64,000 nt of DNA from Vulcanimicrobiota bacterium (GTDB taxonomy: Bacteria > Vulcanimicrobiota > Vulcanimicrobiia > Vulcanimicrobiales > Vulcanimicrobiaceae). The stretch spans positions 384,001 through 448,000 of the forward strand of contig CAWETW010000003.1 in NCBI GenBank assembly GCA_963812155.1, read 5' to 3'. Position 1 is the stretch's first letter, and each line of letters opens with the position of its first letter. The position numbers and the translations under genes are program-made. Positions 10,200-20,346 of this stretch are shown here, in pieces. A model generated the notes under the pieces. It did not search any database. It was not told where the DNA came from and saw only the letters and a program-made list of their open reading frames with translations.

Positions 10200-10663
10200 C
10201 CCAACGGGCGAGAAGCCAGCTCCAACACGACGTTCCACTCGTGGGACATCACCGGCTGCACCGATAAGCGTTGACCGCGTTTGAGCAGCGCCATGCCGGT
10301 GAGCCGCGGCTCGGCCCGCATGCGCGCGAGCGTCACCGGATGCGCGAACGATTCGACGTACTCGACGTCGACCATCATCCAAATCGGCTTGTCGGGTTTG
10401 GCGCGCCCGTCGAAGTATTCACCGCCGCGCTGGAACTGCGTGAAATCGGGATAGGCCTCTTTGACGACGCGGCAGATACCCACGGCGGCCGGCTCGGCGA
10501 TGCTGGAGTGATAGAAGAGCCCCAGGTCGCCGAGTTTCATCTCCATCATGTTGTTGCGCGCTTGAAAGCTGCGCACGCCGCTCCACGGCGTCGTCTTGTC
10601 GGCCCGCAGCTGGTCGAATGAGAATGCGTGCGGCTCGGTTTTGAACAGCCAGTATCGCGGCAT
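10196..10663 (-). CDS. EVE domain protein
   Basis: YWLFKTEP..FS, WSGVRSFQARN, FYHS, YPD.TQF, RLSVQPV. Confidence 0.92.
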   Translation of the reverse strand: MPRYWLFKTEPHAFSFDQLRADKTTPWSGVRSFQARNNMMEMKLGDLGLFYHSSIAEPAAVGICRVVKEAYPDFTQFQRGGEYFDGRAKPDKPIWMMVDVEYVESFAHPVTLARMRAEPRLTGMALLKRGQRLSVQPVMSHEWNVVLELASRPLG

Positions 10664-10748
10664 GAGGGCGTTCGGCTATACCGCCGCCGCCGGGACTTCC
10701 TCCCGCCGTGGCGCCGTGCGGCTCTCGTGTGTTAAGGTAGGTGGCGCA

Positions 10749-11237
10749 ATGCAGCGAAACGTGATCCGCGCGACGCCCGCCGGGTGGCAGGACGTCGCAA
10801 TCGAAGGCTACCGGCCCGGTGACGATCCCGGTGGGACCGGCGTTTCCCGGCATACGATCGTCGGCGGACGGAAGATCGACGCTCGCGATCCGGGCCCTGC
10901 GATGGAGTTACGCTATTTCGAACTGCAGCCCGGCGCCGCTTCGCGGCTGGAGAAACACGAGCACGAACACTACGTGATCGTCCGCCGCGGCGACGGGTAT
11001 GCGATCGTCGGCGACGTCGCGACGGAAATATCGGCCGGCGACGTCGTCTACGTCGGCGCGCTGGAACTGCATCAGTTCGTCAATCGCGGTGAGACGCCGT
11101 TCGGATTCTTCTGTTTCGTCGACGCGTGCCGTGACTTTTCGCAGCAGCCGTCGAGCGAAGATCTCGAGCGGCTGGCGGCCTCGCCGGCCGGCGCGGTCGC
11201 AAAACCTTTCGCCGTTCCGCCCGCGCGTTCGCGCTAG
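10749..11237 (+). CDS. Cupin domain protein
   Basis: LRYFELQPG..SRLEKHEHEH and HQF.N cupin metal motifs. Confidence 0.85.
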   Translation: MQRNVIRATPAGWQDVAIEGYRPGDDPGGTGVSRHTIVGGRKIDARDPGPAMELRYFELQPGAASRLEKHEHEHYVIVRRGDGYAIVGDVATEISAGDVVYVGALELHQFVNRGETPFGFFCFVDACRDFSQQPSSEDLERLAASPAGAVAKPFAVPPARSR

Positions 11238-12115
11238 CGCTCCGCGCCTTCCGGTCCCGTCGCGATCGGTCGCGACGGATCGGCGATCCATTCGCTCCAG
11301 GAGCCGCCGTAGACCCGCGATCCGTGCAGCCCGGCATGCACCATCGCGAGCTGGTTGGCCGCCGCCGATACCCCGGAGCCGCAGTTGTGCACGACCCGTT
11401 GCGGATCGACGCCGTGCGCCGCAAACTCCTCACGCAGTGCGGCCGGCGATTTGAACGTTCCGTCGCCGGCGAAATTTCGTTTGAACCAGCGGTTGCGCGC
11501 GCCGGGGATGTGCCCGGCAACAGGGTCGATCGTTTCGTTCAGGCCGGCAAAACGGTCTTCGGCGCGCGCATCGAGCAGCTGCATGCCGTCGTTGCCGAGA
11601 TGCGCTTGCACGTAGGCTGCGTCGACGAGCGCGCGTGCATCGGGATGCGCGGTGATATCGCCCTGGCGCGGCGCGCGTGGTGTTGCGGCGCTGACGGGAT
11701 AGCCGGCCGCCTGCCACGCGGCGAAACCGCCATCGAGCACGGCCACGGCTTGGTGGCCGATCCAGCGGCATAAAAACCACATTCGCGCCGCAAACATGTC
11801 GGCGCCCGCGTCGTAGGCGACGATTTGCGTCGCCGCGTTGACGCCGATGCTGCGGAGAAACGTCGCGAACGCATCCGGGTCGGGCATCGGATGACGGCCG
11901 TTCTTGCCGGTCTTGCTTCCGGCTAAGTCGTCCTCAACGCCGGCAAAAAAGGCACCGGGGACGTGCGCTTCCTCGTACTGGCGGCGTCCGAGACCAAAAT
12001 CGGCGAGCGCATGACGGCAGTCGACGATCGCGTACGACGCATCGTCGAGGTGCGCGTGAAGCGCCTCGGCCGGTATCAGCGTCGTGAACGGGCCCGAGTC
12101 GCGCGCGACGCTCAA
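11234..12115 (-). CDS. Two-domain rhodanese / 3-mercaptopyruvate sulfurtransferase (SseA-like); start approximate
   Basis: HVPGA, GRHP.P, VLDGG, LDAR, GHIPGA, CGSGVSA active site, YGGSWSEW. Confidence 0.9.
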   Translation of the reverse strand: MSVARDSGPFTTLIPAEALHAHLDDASYAIVDCRHALADFGLGRRQYEEAHVPGAFFAGVEDDLAGSKTGKNGRHPMPDPDAFATFLRSIGVNAATQIVAYDAGADMFAARMWFLCRWIGHQAVAVLDGGFAAWQAAGYPVSAATPRAPRQGDITAHPDARALVDAAYVQAHLGNDGMQLLDARAEDRFAGLNETIDPVAGHIPGARNRWFKRNFAGDGTFKSPAALREEFAAHGVDPQRVVHNCGSGVSAAANQLAMVHAGLHGSRVYGGSWSEWIADPSRPIATGPEGAER

Positions 12116-12489
12116 TGCAGGTTGATCGTTTGCTTCGCCGCGGGCTCGGCACCGTCGAAGGCGCTGCTCAACAGTGTCTGGAGTTCGCCGTTCTGCGCCA
12201 TCGGTCCGAGGATGTCGGTGTCGCCGTAAAACGCTCCCTTGATGAAGACCTTCGGCAGCGTGGGCCAATCGGTCATCGCGGCGAGCGCTTCGCGTTTAGG
12301 CCCGTTCTCGAGCACGTCGATGACTTCGAACGGATAGCCGAAACGATCGAAGAATTGAATCGTCTCGAGCGTGAAGCCGCAACGCGGAGCGGTCTTGGTT
12401 CCTTTACCGTAGACGAGAATCGTATGTTCGGCGACTTCGCGCTGAATCTCGTCGTTGAGTTGCTGGGATTCGGGCATCGTGGTTGTCAA
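12112..12489 (-). CDS. grxD: Monothiol glutaredoxin (Grx4-like)
   Basis: KGT..APRCGFT, WPTLPKVFI.G.FYGDTDI. Confidence 0.85.
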   Translation of the reverse strand: MTTTMPESQQLNDEIQREVAEHTILVYGKGTKTAPRCGFTLETIQFFDRFGYPFEVIDVLENGPKREALAAMTDWPTLPKVFIKGAFYGDTDILGPMAQNGELQTLLSSAFDGAEPAAKQTINLH

Positions 12490-12722
12490 CTTTCCGCAGG
12501 CAGAGTGGTGAGTTCGACGGCGTGCACGCGGCCGTCGTCGAGCGCGGGTTTCAGCGCCGCGTAGACGAGGCGGTGCTGCGCGAGGAGCGTTTGTCCCTCG
12601 AACGCGCGCGAACGAACCGTCACGTTAAAATGATCCATCGTTCCCGTCCGGTCGAAGACGCGCACGTCGGCGTCGGGCAGCTGCTCGCGAATCAGGTTGG
12701 CTAGCGATGCGTCGTCGATCAC
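12486..12722 (-). CDS. BolA family protein
   Basis: DHFNVTVRS.AFEG.TLLAQHRLVY.AL and VHAVEL.T; adjacent to Grx. Confidence 0.88.
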   Translation of the reverse strand: MIDDASLANLIREQLPDADVRVFDRTGTMDHFNVTVRSRAFEGQTLLAQHRLVYAALKPALDDGRVHAVELTTLPAES

Positions 12723-12974
12723 GATTTCAGACGCGGCGAGCCGCCGCTCAACGTTTGCGCCAACCCGCGCGCTTCGCCGAGGGTTTCGGGCAGACGGTTG
12801 GCACTCTGGCTGAGCGCTGTCGTGACCCCGGTCGCGATAATGATGCCGCTCGCGCCGATCAGAATCGCGGGAACGCCGGTCGCCCGGAAACGGTCCGATT
12901 TCAAGGGTAAAGGTCTTTTGCAGTTTCGCGGCTCCGCGAAAGAAGGCTGCGAGCGTTCGCATGCGTCTTTTCAT
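12719..12974 (-). CDS. Small putative membrane protein (probably one frameshift)
   Basis: Hydrophobic GVPAILIGASGIIIATGV segment; stop overlaps the BolA GTG (GTGA); start uncertain. Confidence 0.4.
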
Positions 12975-13040
12975 GGGCGGCCCTTCTACGGCGCGGCAGC
13001 GTGGAAGGCCTGGCCCGCGACGCTGCGAGAATGCCGCCGG

Positions 13041-14048
13041 ATGCGCGCCGTTCGATTACACGAGCTCGGTGGTCCGCAATGCCTGCGTCTCGACGAGGTT
13101 CCGATGCCGCAGCCGGCTGCGGGGGAGGCGCTCGTTCGCGTGGGCGCCGCGGCCTTCAACCGGCGCGACGTGTTCATCACGCAAGGACTCTACCCGGGCA
13201 TTGCACTGCCCAAAACACTTGGTTCGGACGGTGCCGGCGTCCTGGAAGCGCTCGGCGGCGACGCCGCCTGCAGCGCGCGCGTGGGCGATGCGGTCGTGAT
13301 CGATCCGATGCTCGATTGGGGCAGCGACGCGCGCGTTTGGGACGCGAAGCGTTCGAGCATCCTCGGGATGCCGCGCGACGGAACGTTCGCGCAATACGTC
13401 ACCGTGCCGGCCGGAAATGTGTATCCGAAGCCGGCGCGTTTGTCCGCGCAGGAAGCGGCGGCAATTCCGCTCGCGGGATTGACGGCCTATCGCGCGCTCT
13501 TCACGCGCGGCGCGCTGCGCGCGGGCGAAACGGTGCTGATCCCCGGGATCGGCGGCGGCGTGCAGACGTTCGTGCTGCTCTTCGCCAAGCACGCCGGAGC
13601 GCGCACGATCGTAACGTCGGGCAGCGACGAGAAACTCGAACGCGCGAAGGCGCTCGGCGCCGACGTGACGCTGAACTATGCGACCGTGCCGGACTGGCAC
13701 AAGCGCGCGCGCGCCGAGGGCCCGGTCGATCTCGTCGTGGATTCGTCGGGCGGCGATACGCTTGCCAAAGCGCTCGACGCCGTCGTACCGGGCGGCCGCG
13801 TCGTCCTCTACGGCGGGACGCGCGGTGAAGCGACCGTAAAACTCTTTCCGCTGTTCTGGAAGCACGTGTCGATTCTTGGAACGTCAATGGGGAGTCCGCA
13901 AGACTTCACCGCGATGTTGAAACTGTTCGAAGAAAGCACGATCGTACCGGCGATCGACCGCGTCTTTGCGCTGGACGAAGCGGCAGCCGCAGCGGAGCGC
14001 ATGGCGGAATCGAATCAGTTCGGCAAGATCGTGCTGCGCGTGGAGTAG
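13041..14048 (+). CDS. MDR-family NAD(P)H quinone oxidoreductase / zinc-ADH-like
   Basis: MRAVRLHELGGP, LGSDGAG, AIPLAGLTAYRAL, GIGGGV, GTSMGS, FGKIVL. Confidence 0.9.
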   Translation: MRAVRLHELGGPQCLRLDEVPMPQPAAGEALVRVGAAAFNRRDVFITQGLYPGIALPKTLGSDGAGVLEALGGDAACSARVGDAVVIDPMLDWGSDARVWDAKRSSILGMPRDGTFAQYVTVPAGNVYPKPARLSAQEAAAIPLAGLTAYRALFTRGALRAGETVLIPGIGGGVQTFVLLFAKHAGARTIVTSGSDEKLERAKALGADVTLNYATVPDWHKRARAEGPVDLVVDSSGGDTLAKALDAVVPGGRVVLYGGTRGEATVKLFPLFWKHVSILGTSMGSPQDFTAMLKLFEESTIVPAIDRVFALDEAAAAAERMAESNQFGKIVLRVE

Positions 14049-14058
14049 CCGGCCCCCG

Positions 14059-14664
14059 CTAAACCGCGTTGTTCTCCGGGACGCCAAAACACGTCCCTTC
14101 CGGCGGCGGCGCGTCTTGGTAGATCGGCCCCGCGTTTTCGACCGGCAAACCGTCTTGCGGATTCAGCACGGCCGCTACTTTGCCGTCCGGCGTCAGATGA
14201 TTCTCGCACCAGAAAACGGCGTGCGGTTTCGACGCTTTGTCGCCGCCGATCCAGAGATCGAACCACAGGCCGGAGCAGCCGTTGTGACCGTGTCCACGAT
14301 GCGGTCCCGAATGGGCGCAGTCGTCTTCACGAATGAAGTACTGCTGCAAAAACGGCACGTAAATCTTCATGCCATAGGGAATTTGCGCGTCGTTCTTGCG
14401 CTCGGTTGCAAACGTCGTCGGGTTGCAGTAACTGCCGTCGCCCGACGCAACCTTGTGAATCACCGGATGCGCGATCCGCGCCCCCGGCGGGCTATTGTCG
14501 GGCCAGCCATAGAACGTGATCGTCGCCTTCACGTTCGTGGGGTCGATCTTCGTCACGTAACAGCCGAACGGCAGCGCCGAAAATCCGGTACCGTTTGGAA
14601 CGGAGGTGGACGTAACGTTCGGGCCCGCGCACGATGCGAGCAGCGCGCCGCCCAAAGTGACCAT
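14059..14664 (-). CDS. Cys-rich hypothetical lipoprotein (possible 3D/double-psi-barrel-like fold)
   Basis: Lipobox LLASC; TFYGWPDNSPPG, G.KIYVP, IREDDC, FDLWIGG pattern. Confidence 0.55.
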   Translation of the reverse strand: MVTLGGALLASCAGPNVTSTSVPNGTGFSALPFGCYVTKIDPTNVKATITFYGWPDNSPPGARIAHPVIHKVASGDGSYCNPTTFATERKNDAQIPYGMKIYVPFLQQYFIREDDCAHSGPHRGHGHNGCSGLWFDLWIGGDKASKPHAVFWCENHLTPDGKVAAVLNPQDGLPVENAGPIYQDAPPPEGTCFGVPENNAV

Positions 14665-14700
14665 AAAACTAATTCCCGCGGATCGTCATCGTGGACTCCT

Positions 14701-15615
14701 TTATACGAGACGGTAAGCGTAAACGTCGGTGACCGCCATCGCGGCGCCGAGTTCGGCCGCGACGACGGCGGCTTGATCGCGTCCGACGAGACGTTCGAGA
14801 TCGGGATTGAGCGTTTCCGATTCGGCCGCGGTCATCGCCCGCTCGAGGCGTCGCGCGACGACGCGGCCCTCGGCTTCGAGTGCGATGAGGTGGGCGAGCA
14901 GTTGTCGCGCCATGGCGGGATAGAGTTCCGAGCGCGCGGTTCCGTAGATACCCACGACGAGTTCGGGAATCGTTTGCGCGCCGCGCTCGGCGAGTGCACC
15001 GAGCAGCTCGCGCTCGCGCATTTCGCGGTGCGCGATGTATTCCGCGATCTTGCCCTGCGCGTCCGCAACGATAGGACCGTGTCCGCCGTAGATCGTGCGC
15101 GCATCGCCGAACTCGCGGGCCAGGCGCTGCAGCGTGTGCTGATACGGGCGCATCGCGCCGTGCGGCGGCGCGATCACGACGGTTCCTTCGCCGAGGATCA
15201 CGTCGCCGGTGAACAGCGCGTGCTCTTCGCGCAGGTGGAAGACGACGTGATCGAACGTGTGGCCGGGCGCATCCATGACGTCGAGCGCGATGCTGCCGGC
15301 GTGCAGCGGCGCGTCTAACGGCAGATCCCGGTCGCGCACGACGCTTCCGGCGGGATGGGCGTAGACGGGCGCGCCGGTGCGCGCGGCTAGGTGCGCCGCC
15401 GCAGGTGCGTGATCGGGATGCCCGTGCGTAACGGCGATCGCGGCGATCGTCAGGCCGCGCGCGCGTGCCGTCTCGACGATTGCGTCGACGTGCCCAGGAA
15501 TCGGCGGCCCGGGATCGATGACGAGCGCGTTGCCGCCTCCGCAATCGACGACGTATGAATTCGTTCCGCTCAGCGTCATCGGCGACGGATTCGGAGCGCG
15601 AACGAGCGTTACCAT
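14701..15615 (-). CDS. MBL-fold metallo-hydrolase (LACTB2-like)
   Basis: APNPSPMTLSGTNSY, IDPGP, THGHPDH, PGHT, FTGD, GHG. Confidence 0.92.
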   Translation of the reverse strand: MVTLVRAPNPSPMTLSGTNSYVVDCGGGNALVIDPGPPIPGHVDAIVETARARGLTIAAIAVTHGHPDHAPAAAHLAARTGAPVYAHPAGSVVRDRDLPLDAPLHAGSIALDVMDAPGHTFDHVVFHLREEHALFTGDVILGEGTVVIAPPHGAMRPYQHTLQRLAREFGDARTIYGGHGPIVADAQGKIAEYIAHREMRERELLGALAERGAQTIPELVVGIYGTARSELYPAMARQLLAHLIALEAEGRVVARRLERAMTAAESETLNPDLERLVGRDQAAVVAAELGAAMAVTDVYAYRLV

Positions 15616-16418
15616 GCGTTCTCCACGCTTGGAGGAATCGCGAATCCGTCGTCCCCGGTATTCGGAAGAATCGTCAGCACGGGTTTCGCGGCCGCGAACG
15701 CGACGGCGTCGTCGAGCGATTCGAACGGCGCGAGGCGCTCGAGGTGTTTGATCGTCGGATAGACGAGACGAAACGTTCCGGCGCGAAAACGCTCCAGTGC
15801 CGCGGCCGGCGCGAGCCACACGCCTTCGTGCGTCTCGATTGCGTCGGCTAGGCCCGCCTGGCCCGGTGGTGCGAGCGCAAAGAAGAAGTGCGTGTTGAAG
15901 CGGCGGTTCTCGTTGGGCGGCGTGATCCAGTGCGAGAAGAGCGTGAGCGCGCGGGCGTCGGCGAACCAGTCGCGCCGTTCCAGAAACGTCGCGAACGGCA
16001 GCATTCCGCTCGCAATCGCGGAGCGCGCATCGTGCACGTCGCTCGAAAGGATCTCCGCGACGGCGACCGCGTCGCCCGAACGCGTGCGCGCGAGCAGAAT
16101 GCCCGACTCTTCGAACAACTCGCGCAGTGCGGCGGCAAAGAGCGCGGCGGCCCTCGCGGGATCGACGGTCGCTTCCGTGCTCGGGAGTTCGTCGGGGATG
16201 CGCGCGCGAAACTGCGCCGCGACGCGTTCGGATTCCAGCCCGACCGTACGCGCGGCCGTCTGCGCCGAGAAGTCCTGCGGATCGAGCGCGCCGCCCGGAA
16301 AAACGAAGGCGCCGGCGGCGAATGCGCTGCGTCCGCTGCGCCGCGTCATGTACACCTCGAATCCGGGCGCCGCAGGTCGCGCCAGGATTACGGTCGCCGC
16401 CAATCGAGGAGCGTTCAC
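15609..16418 (-). CDS. NUDIX hydrolase (Nudt19-like)
   Basis: AATVIL, VFPGG, AALRELFEESG Nudix box, HWITP...RRFNTHFF. Confidence 0.9.
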   Translation of the reverse strand: MNAPRLAATVILARPAAPGFEVYMTRRSGRSAFAAGAFVFPGGALDPQDFSAQTAARTVGLESERVAAQFRARIPDELPSTEATVDPARAAALFAAALRELFEESGILLARTRSGDAVAVAEILSSDVHDARSAIASGMLPFATFLERRDWFADARALTLFSHWITPPNENRRFNTHFFFALAPPGQAGLADAIETHEGVWLAPAAALERFRAGTFRLVYPTIKHLERLAPFESLDDAVAFAAAKPVLTILPNTGDDGFAIPPSVENAW

Positions 16419-16607
16419 GGTGCAAATACCAGTTGTCGTTCGGACGCACCGTCGCCTTTTGGCAGCGTATTTAATGAGTCTTAAGAACCAAGGACGCGTT
16501 ATTGAAGGCAATGGAACCGCCGCAGGGGGCGCTCGCACTGCCACCGTAGTCCGTGCCCTCGCGGCCGGACGGCGAATTTCAGCCGGCAAATTTTTGGAGG
16601 AACGCAG

Positions 16608-18995
16608 ATGGCGAATTCCAACCGCAAGGACGGCTCCTCGAAAAGCGTTCAGCGCGGCGTGCTCCCGATTCCGGACAAGCCCTACGCCGGCTTCGTCGCG
16701 TACGATGCGAAGGATCCCGATTCAAAGTTTCCGCCGATTGAGCCGCTGCGGCCGCCCGAACGTGCGCCCAACGTGCTCGTCGTGCTGATCGACGACGTCG
16801 GCTTCGGCGCGTCGAGCGTCTTCGGCGGCCCGTGTCAAGCGCCGACCGCGGAGCGAGTCGCGAAGGATGGGCTGCGCTACACGCGATTTCACACGACGGC
16901 CCTATGTTCGCCGACCCGCGCCGCATTGCTGACCGGACGCAACCATCACACGGTTGGGATGGGCGGCATCACCGAAATCGCAACGTCCGCTCCCGGCTAT
17001 AGTTCCGTGCGGCCGAACTCGATGGCGACGCTCCCTGAAATCCTTCGCCTCAACGGTTATTCGACCGCGCAGTTCGGAAAGTGCCACGAGGTTCCGGTGT
17101 GGGAAGCGAGTCCCGTCGGGCCGTTCGACCGCTGGCCGACCGGTTCGGGGTTCGAATACTTCTACGGGTTCGTCGCGGGTGAGACCAATCAGTGGTATCC
17201 ATCGATTCACGAGGGCACGAAAATCGTCGAGCCCTCGAAGACTCCGGAAGAAGGCTATCACTTTATGGCCGACATGACGGACAAAGCGATTGGGTGGGTG
17301 CGTCAGCAGCGATTGCTCGCCGGTGACAAACCCTTCTTCATGTACTTTGCGCCCGGAGCCACGCACGCACCGCACCACGTACCCAAAGAGTGGGCCGACA
17401 AGTACAAAGGCAAGTTCGACGAAGGCTGGGATAAGCTCCGCGAAGAGACCTTTGCGCGACAGAAAAAACTCGGCGTCGTTCCGGCGGACTGCGAGCTGAC
17501 GCCGCGACCGAAAGAGATACCGTCGTGGGATTCGCAAACGCCGCAGCTCCGGCGGGTGCTTGCGCGCCAAATGGAAGTCTATGCAGGCTTTTTTGAGTAC
17601 ACCGATCATCACATCGGCCGCCTGATTGATGCGCTCGAACAAATCGAAGCTCTTGACGATACCCTGATTTACTACATCATCGGCGATAACGGCGCTTCCG
17701 CCGAGGGTACGCCGCAAGGTACGTTCAACGAAGTCATTCCTTTCAACGGGGTGAGCGCGCTGGAAACGGTCGACTTCATGACGCAACACATGGACCGTCT
17801 GGGCGGCCCGGAGTCGTACAATCACTACGCGGTCGGTTGGGCGCACGCCATGGACACGCCGTACCAGTGGACCAAGCAGGTCGCGTCGCACTGGGGCGGT
17901 ACGCGAAACGGCACCATCGTACGCTGGCCGAAGGGCATCAAAGCGAAGGGTGAGGTACGCCATCAATTCCACCACGTCATCGATATCGCGCCGACGGTTC
18001 TGGAAGCCGCGCAACTGCCGGAACCATACATGGTCAACAGCGTCGCGCAGGCTCCCATGCAGGGCGTCAGCATGCTCTACAGCTTCGATGACGCGGCGGC
18101 GGCGGAGCGTCACGAGACCCAATACTTCGAAATGTTCGGCAATCGCGGAATCTATCATAAGGGTTGGACGGCGGTCACCCGGCATCGCACGCCCTGGATC
18201 CTGACGGGAGAGACGCCGCCGTTCGACGACGATGTTTGGGAGCTCTACAACACGAACGAGGATTGGTCGCAAGCACGCGACCTCTCGAAAGAAATGCCCG
18301 GCAAGTTGCACGAGCTGCAACGTCTTTGGATCATCGAGGCTACGCGAAACGGCGTGCTGCCGATGGACGACCGCGGAGCCGAGCGATTCAACTCGGACCT
18401 TGCAGGCCGGCCGGTGCTCGTACGCGGGACTTCGCAAGTGCTTGCCAACGGCATGGGTGGGCTCAATGAAAACGGCATCGTCAACGTCAAGAACAAGAGC
18501 CACTCCATCACCGCGCAGATCGTTGTGCCGGACGGAACCACGCCGCACGGAGTAATTCTCTCGCAAGGCGGCATCGCCGGCGGCTGGATGTTTTACGTCG
18601 AAGGCGGAAAGCCGGCGTACTACTACAACTTTTGCGGCCTGGTTAGAACCGATATCGTCGCCACGCAGACTATTCCGGCTGGAAAGCATCAGGTGCGGAT
18701 GGAGTTTGCCTACGACGGCGGCGGCCTCGCGAAGGGCGGCACCGTCACGTTCTATATCGACGGAAAGGTGGCAGGGAGCGGTCGCGTCGAGCAGACCGTT
18801 CCGATGATATTCTCGGGCGACGAAACGTCGGACGTCGGCCTGAAGCGCGGCTCTCCGATGAAGCCGGAGATGCCGACGGCCGAGAGTGCTTTCAATGGGA
18901 CGGTGGAGGTCGTGGTCATCGAAACCAGCGGCGAAAGCACCGACCACCTCTTGGATCGCGATCAGGTCCTCAATATGATCATGGCGCGACAGTAA
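16608..18995 (+). CDS. Arylsulfatase
   Basis: PNVLVVLIDD, formylglycine motif CSPTRAALLTGR, GDNG, C-terminal beta-sandwich extension; GGAGG RBS. Confidence 0.94.
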   Translation: MANSNRKDGSSKSVQRGVLPIPDKPYAGFVAYDAKDPDSKFPPIEPLRPPERAPNVLVVLIDDVGFGASSVFGGPCQAPTAERVAKDGLRYTRFHTTALCSPTRAALLTGRNHHTVGMGGITEIATSAPGYSSVRPNSMATLPEILRLNGYSTAQFGKCHEVPVWEASPVGPFDRWPTGSGFEYFYGFVAGETNQWYPSIHEGTKIVEPSKTPEEGYHFMADMTDKAIGWVRQQRLLAGDKPFFMYFAPGATHAPHHVPKEWADKYKGKFDEGWDKLREETFARQKKLGVVPADCELTPRPKEIPSWDSQTPQLRRVLARQMEVYAGFFEYTDHHIGRLIDALEQIEALDDTLIYYIIGDNGASAEGTPQGTFNEVIPFNGVSALETVDFMTQHMDRLGGPESYNHYAVGWAHAMDTPYQWTKQVASHWGGTRNGTIVRWPKGIKAKGEVRHQFHHVIDIAPTVLEAAQLPEPYMVNSVAQAPMQGVSMLYSFDDAAAAERHETQYFEMFGNRGIYHKGWTAVTRHRTPWILTGETPPFDDDVWELYNTNEDWSQARDLSKEMPGKLHELQRLWIIEATRNGVLPMDDRGAERFNSDLAGRPVLVRGTSQVLANGMGGLNENGIVNVKNKSHSITAQIVVPDGTTPHGVILSQGGIAGGWMFYVEGGKPAYYYNFCGLVRTDIVATQTIPAGKHQVRMEFAYDGGGLAKGGTVTFYIDGKVAGSGRVEQTVPMIFSGDETSDVGLKRGSPMKPEMPTAESAFNGTVEVVVIETSGESTDHLLDRDQVLNMIMARQ

Positions 18996-19058
18996 TCGGC
19001 GACGCTCGGCCGGTCATCGTGGGCGTCGCCGCGACCCCATCGGAAACTCGGTAACGGT

Positions 19059-19502
19059 ATGCGAATTGCGCTTGGAAGCGATATGATTGGCAGCCTTCCA
19101 CACTCGATCGAGGCGTGGCTGCGCGCGCACGGGCACGACGTCGAACGGTACGGCGCGCTCGTCTCCGGCGCGACGCCCGAGGCGCAAGCATGGACCTCGG
19201 TTGGAGGCGCAGTCGGCGAAGCGGTGGCTCGCGGTGCGGCCGATTACGGTGTGCTCTGCTGCTGGACGGGCACCGGCGTAAGCATCGCAGCCAACAAAGT
19301 GCCGGGCGTCCGAGCGGCGCTTTGCGCCGATCCGCAGACTGCGGCGGGCGCGCGCGAGTGGAACGACGCCAACGTACTCTGCCTGAGCCTGCGCTCGGTT
19401 TCCGGGCCGATGGCCGAGGAGATACTCGATGCCTGGTTTGAGGCGGCGCCGACGTCGCGGCCCGAGTACCGCGCGATGATCGACGAGCTGCGAGGGCGGT
19501 AG
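19059..19502 (+). CDS. RpiB/LacA/LacB sugar-phosphate isomerase
   Basis: MRIALGSD, CWTGTGVSIAANKVPGVRAA, AREWNDANVL. Confidence 0.9.
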   Translation: MRIALGSDMIGSLPHSIEAWLRAHGHDVERYGALVSGATPEAQAWTSVGGAVGEAVARGAADYGVLCCWTGTGVSIAANKVPGVRAALCADPQTAAGAREWNDANVLCLSLRSVSGPMAEEILDAWFEAAPTSRPEYRAMIDELRGR

Positions 19503-19584
19503 GCAATCCAAGGCGCCGCTGGGCGCGTTATGCCAGCGAATTGCTCTTCTTCGCTCGCATTCGAGAAAGGCTCAGTCTGAAATC

Positions 19585-20214
19585 ATGAAATCTCGTTGGA
19601 TGGCAACGCTCGGCGTGGCCGCGCTCTTGGCCGCGGCGCTGCCCGTAGCGGCAGCGGAAATGTGGATGCCGAACGTGACCGACTCGCCGTCGCGCTTCTC
19701 GGGACCCGGAGTCTACACCGGAAAGCCGGCGCTTCCCGTAACGCTCTCGATGGTGATCGCCGGAGGCGGTCCCCAGCACTTCGCCACGCTCACCCTCGTG
19801 AAGGTGCTCGCCGGCGACAAGACCGACGCCGAAGTCGCCGCGCTCAAGCAGAAATTCGGCGACGCGAAAGTCACGAACTTCGTCACGATCTTCCCGTTCG
19901 TCGTGAGCGACTCGCTGAGAATCGCTAAGGAGAAAGGCGTCGCGCTGCCCTCGGCCCCGAATCCGGATCCGAAAAACGGTGAGGCGCTCGCCGGCGCGCT
20001 TTGGGCGGCCGGGCAAACCGGGCACGGCTACAACGTCGAGGTGATGCTCGACCGCGCCGTTTCGCATCCGATTCACATGCAAGTGATGACGGACATCGAT
20101 GCAAAGTACGGCATCGCCGCGGATGCCGACTACCACGCCGTGCTCAATCAAGCCATGCACGATCTGGCAACGGTCTATCATTTCAACTCGATGGGCCAAC
20201 CCCAATCGATGTAA
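19585..20214 (+). CDS. Secreted hypothetical protein
   Basis: Sec signal peptide ending AAA; coherent codon usage; no family recognised. Confidence 0.7.
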   Translation: MKSRWMATLGVAALLAAALPVAAAEMWMPNVTDSPSRFSGPGVYTGKPALPVTLSMVIAGGGPQHFATLTLVKVLAGDKTDAEVAALKQKFGDAKVTNFVTIFPFVVSDSLRIAKEKGVALPSAPNPDPKNGEALAGALWAAGQTGHGYNVEVMLDRAVSHPIHMQVMTDIDAKYGIAADADYHAVLNQAMHDLATVYHFNSMGQPQSM

Positions 20215-20315
20215 TGCCACGTATGGTGTAACGCCGCGCATTCGCTTCGCAGCGTTAGCGTGAGGGCCGTAGGCCGGGGGCCCCAGCGGCTGGGGGCCGA
20301 GCGGCCGTAAGACAG

Positions 20316-20346
20316 GAGGGTGGCGCAATCGCGTCACCCTCTTTTC
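20316..20346 (+). terminator. Terminator-like hairpin
   Basis: GAGGGTGGCGC-aatc-GCGTCACCCTC followed by TTTTCT. Confidence 0.65.

Noticed and set aside
14701..16418. NUDIX plus MBL-fold pair as a new system
   Set aside because: This pairing or fusion is common in bacteria.
16902..18947. Long antisense ORFs (for example 16902..18947, 30699..32696, 8151..9440, 57719..59311)
   Set aside because: Shadows of real genes caused by high GC and codon bias; no recognisable motifs.
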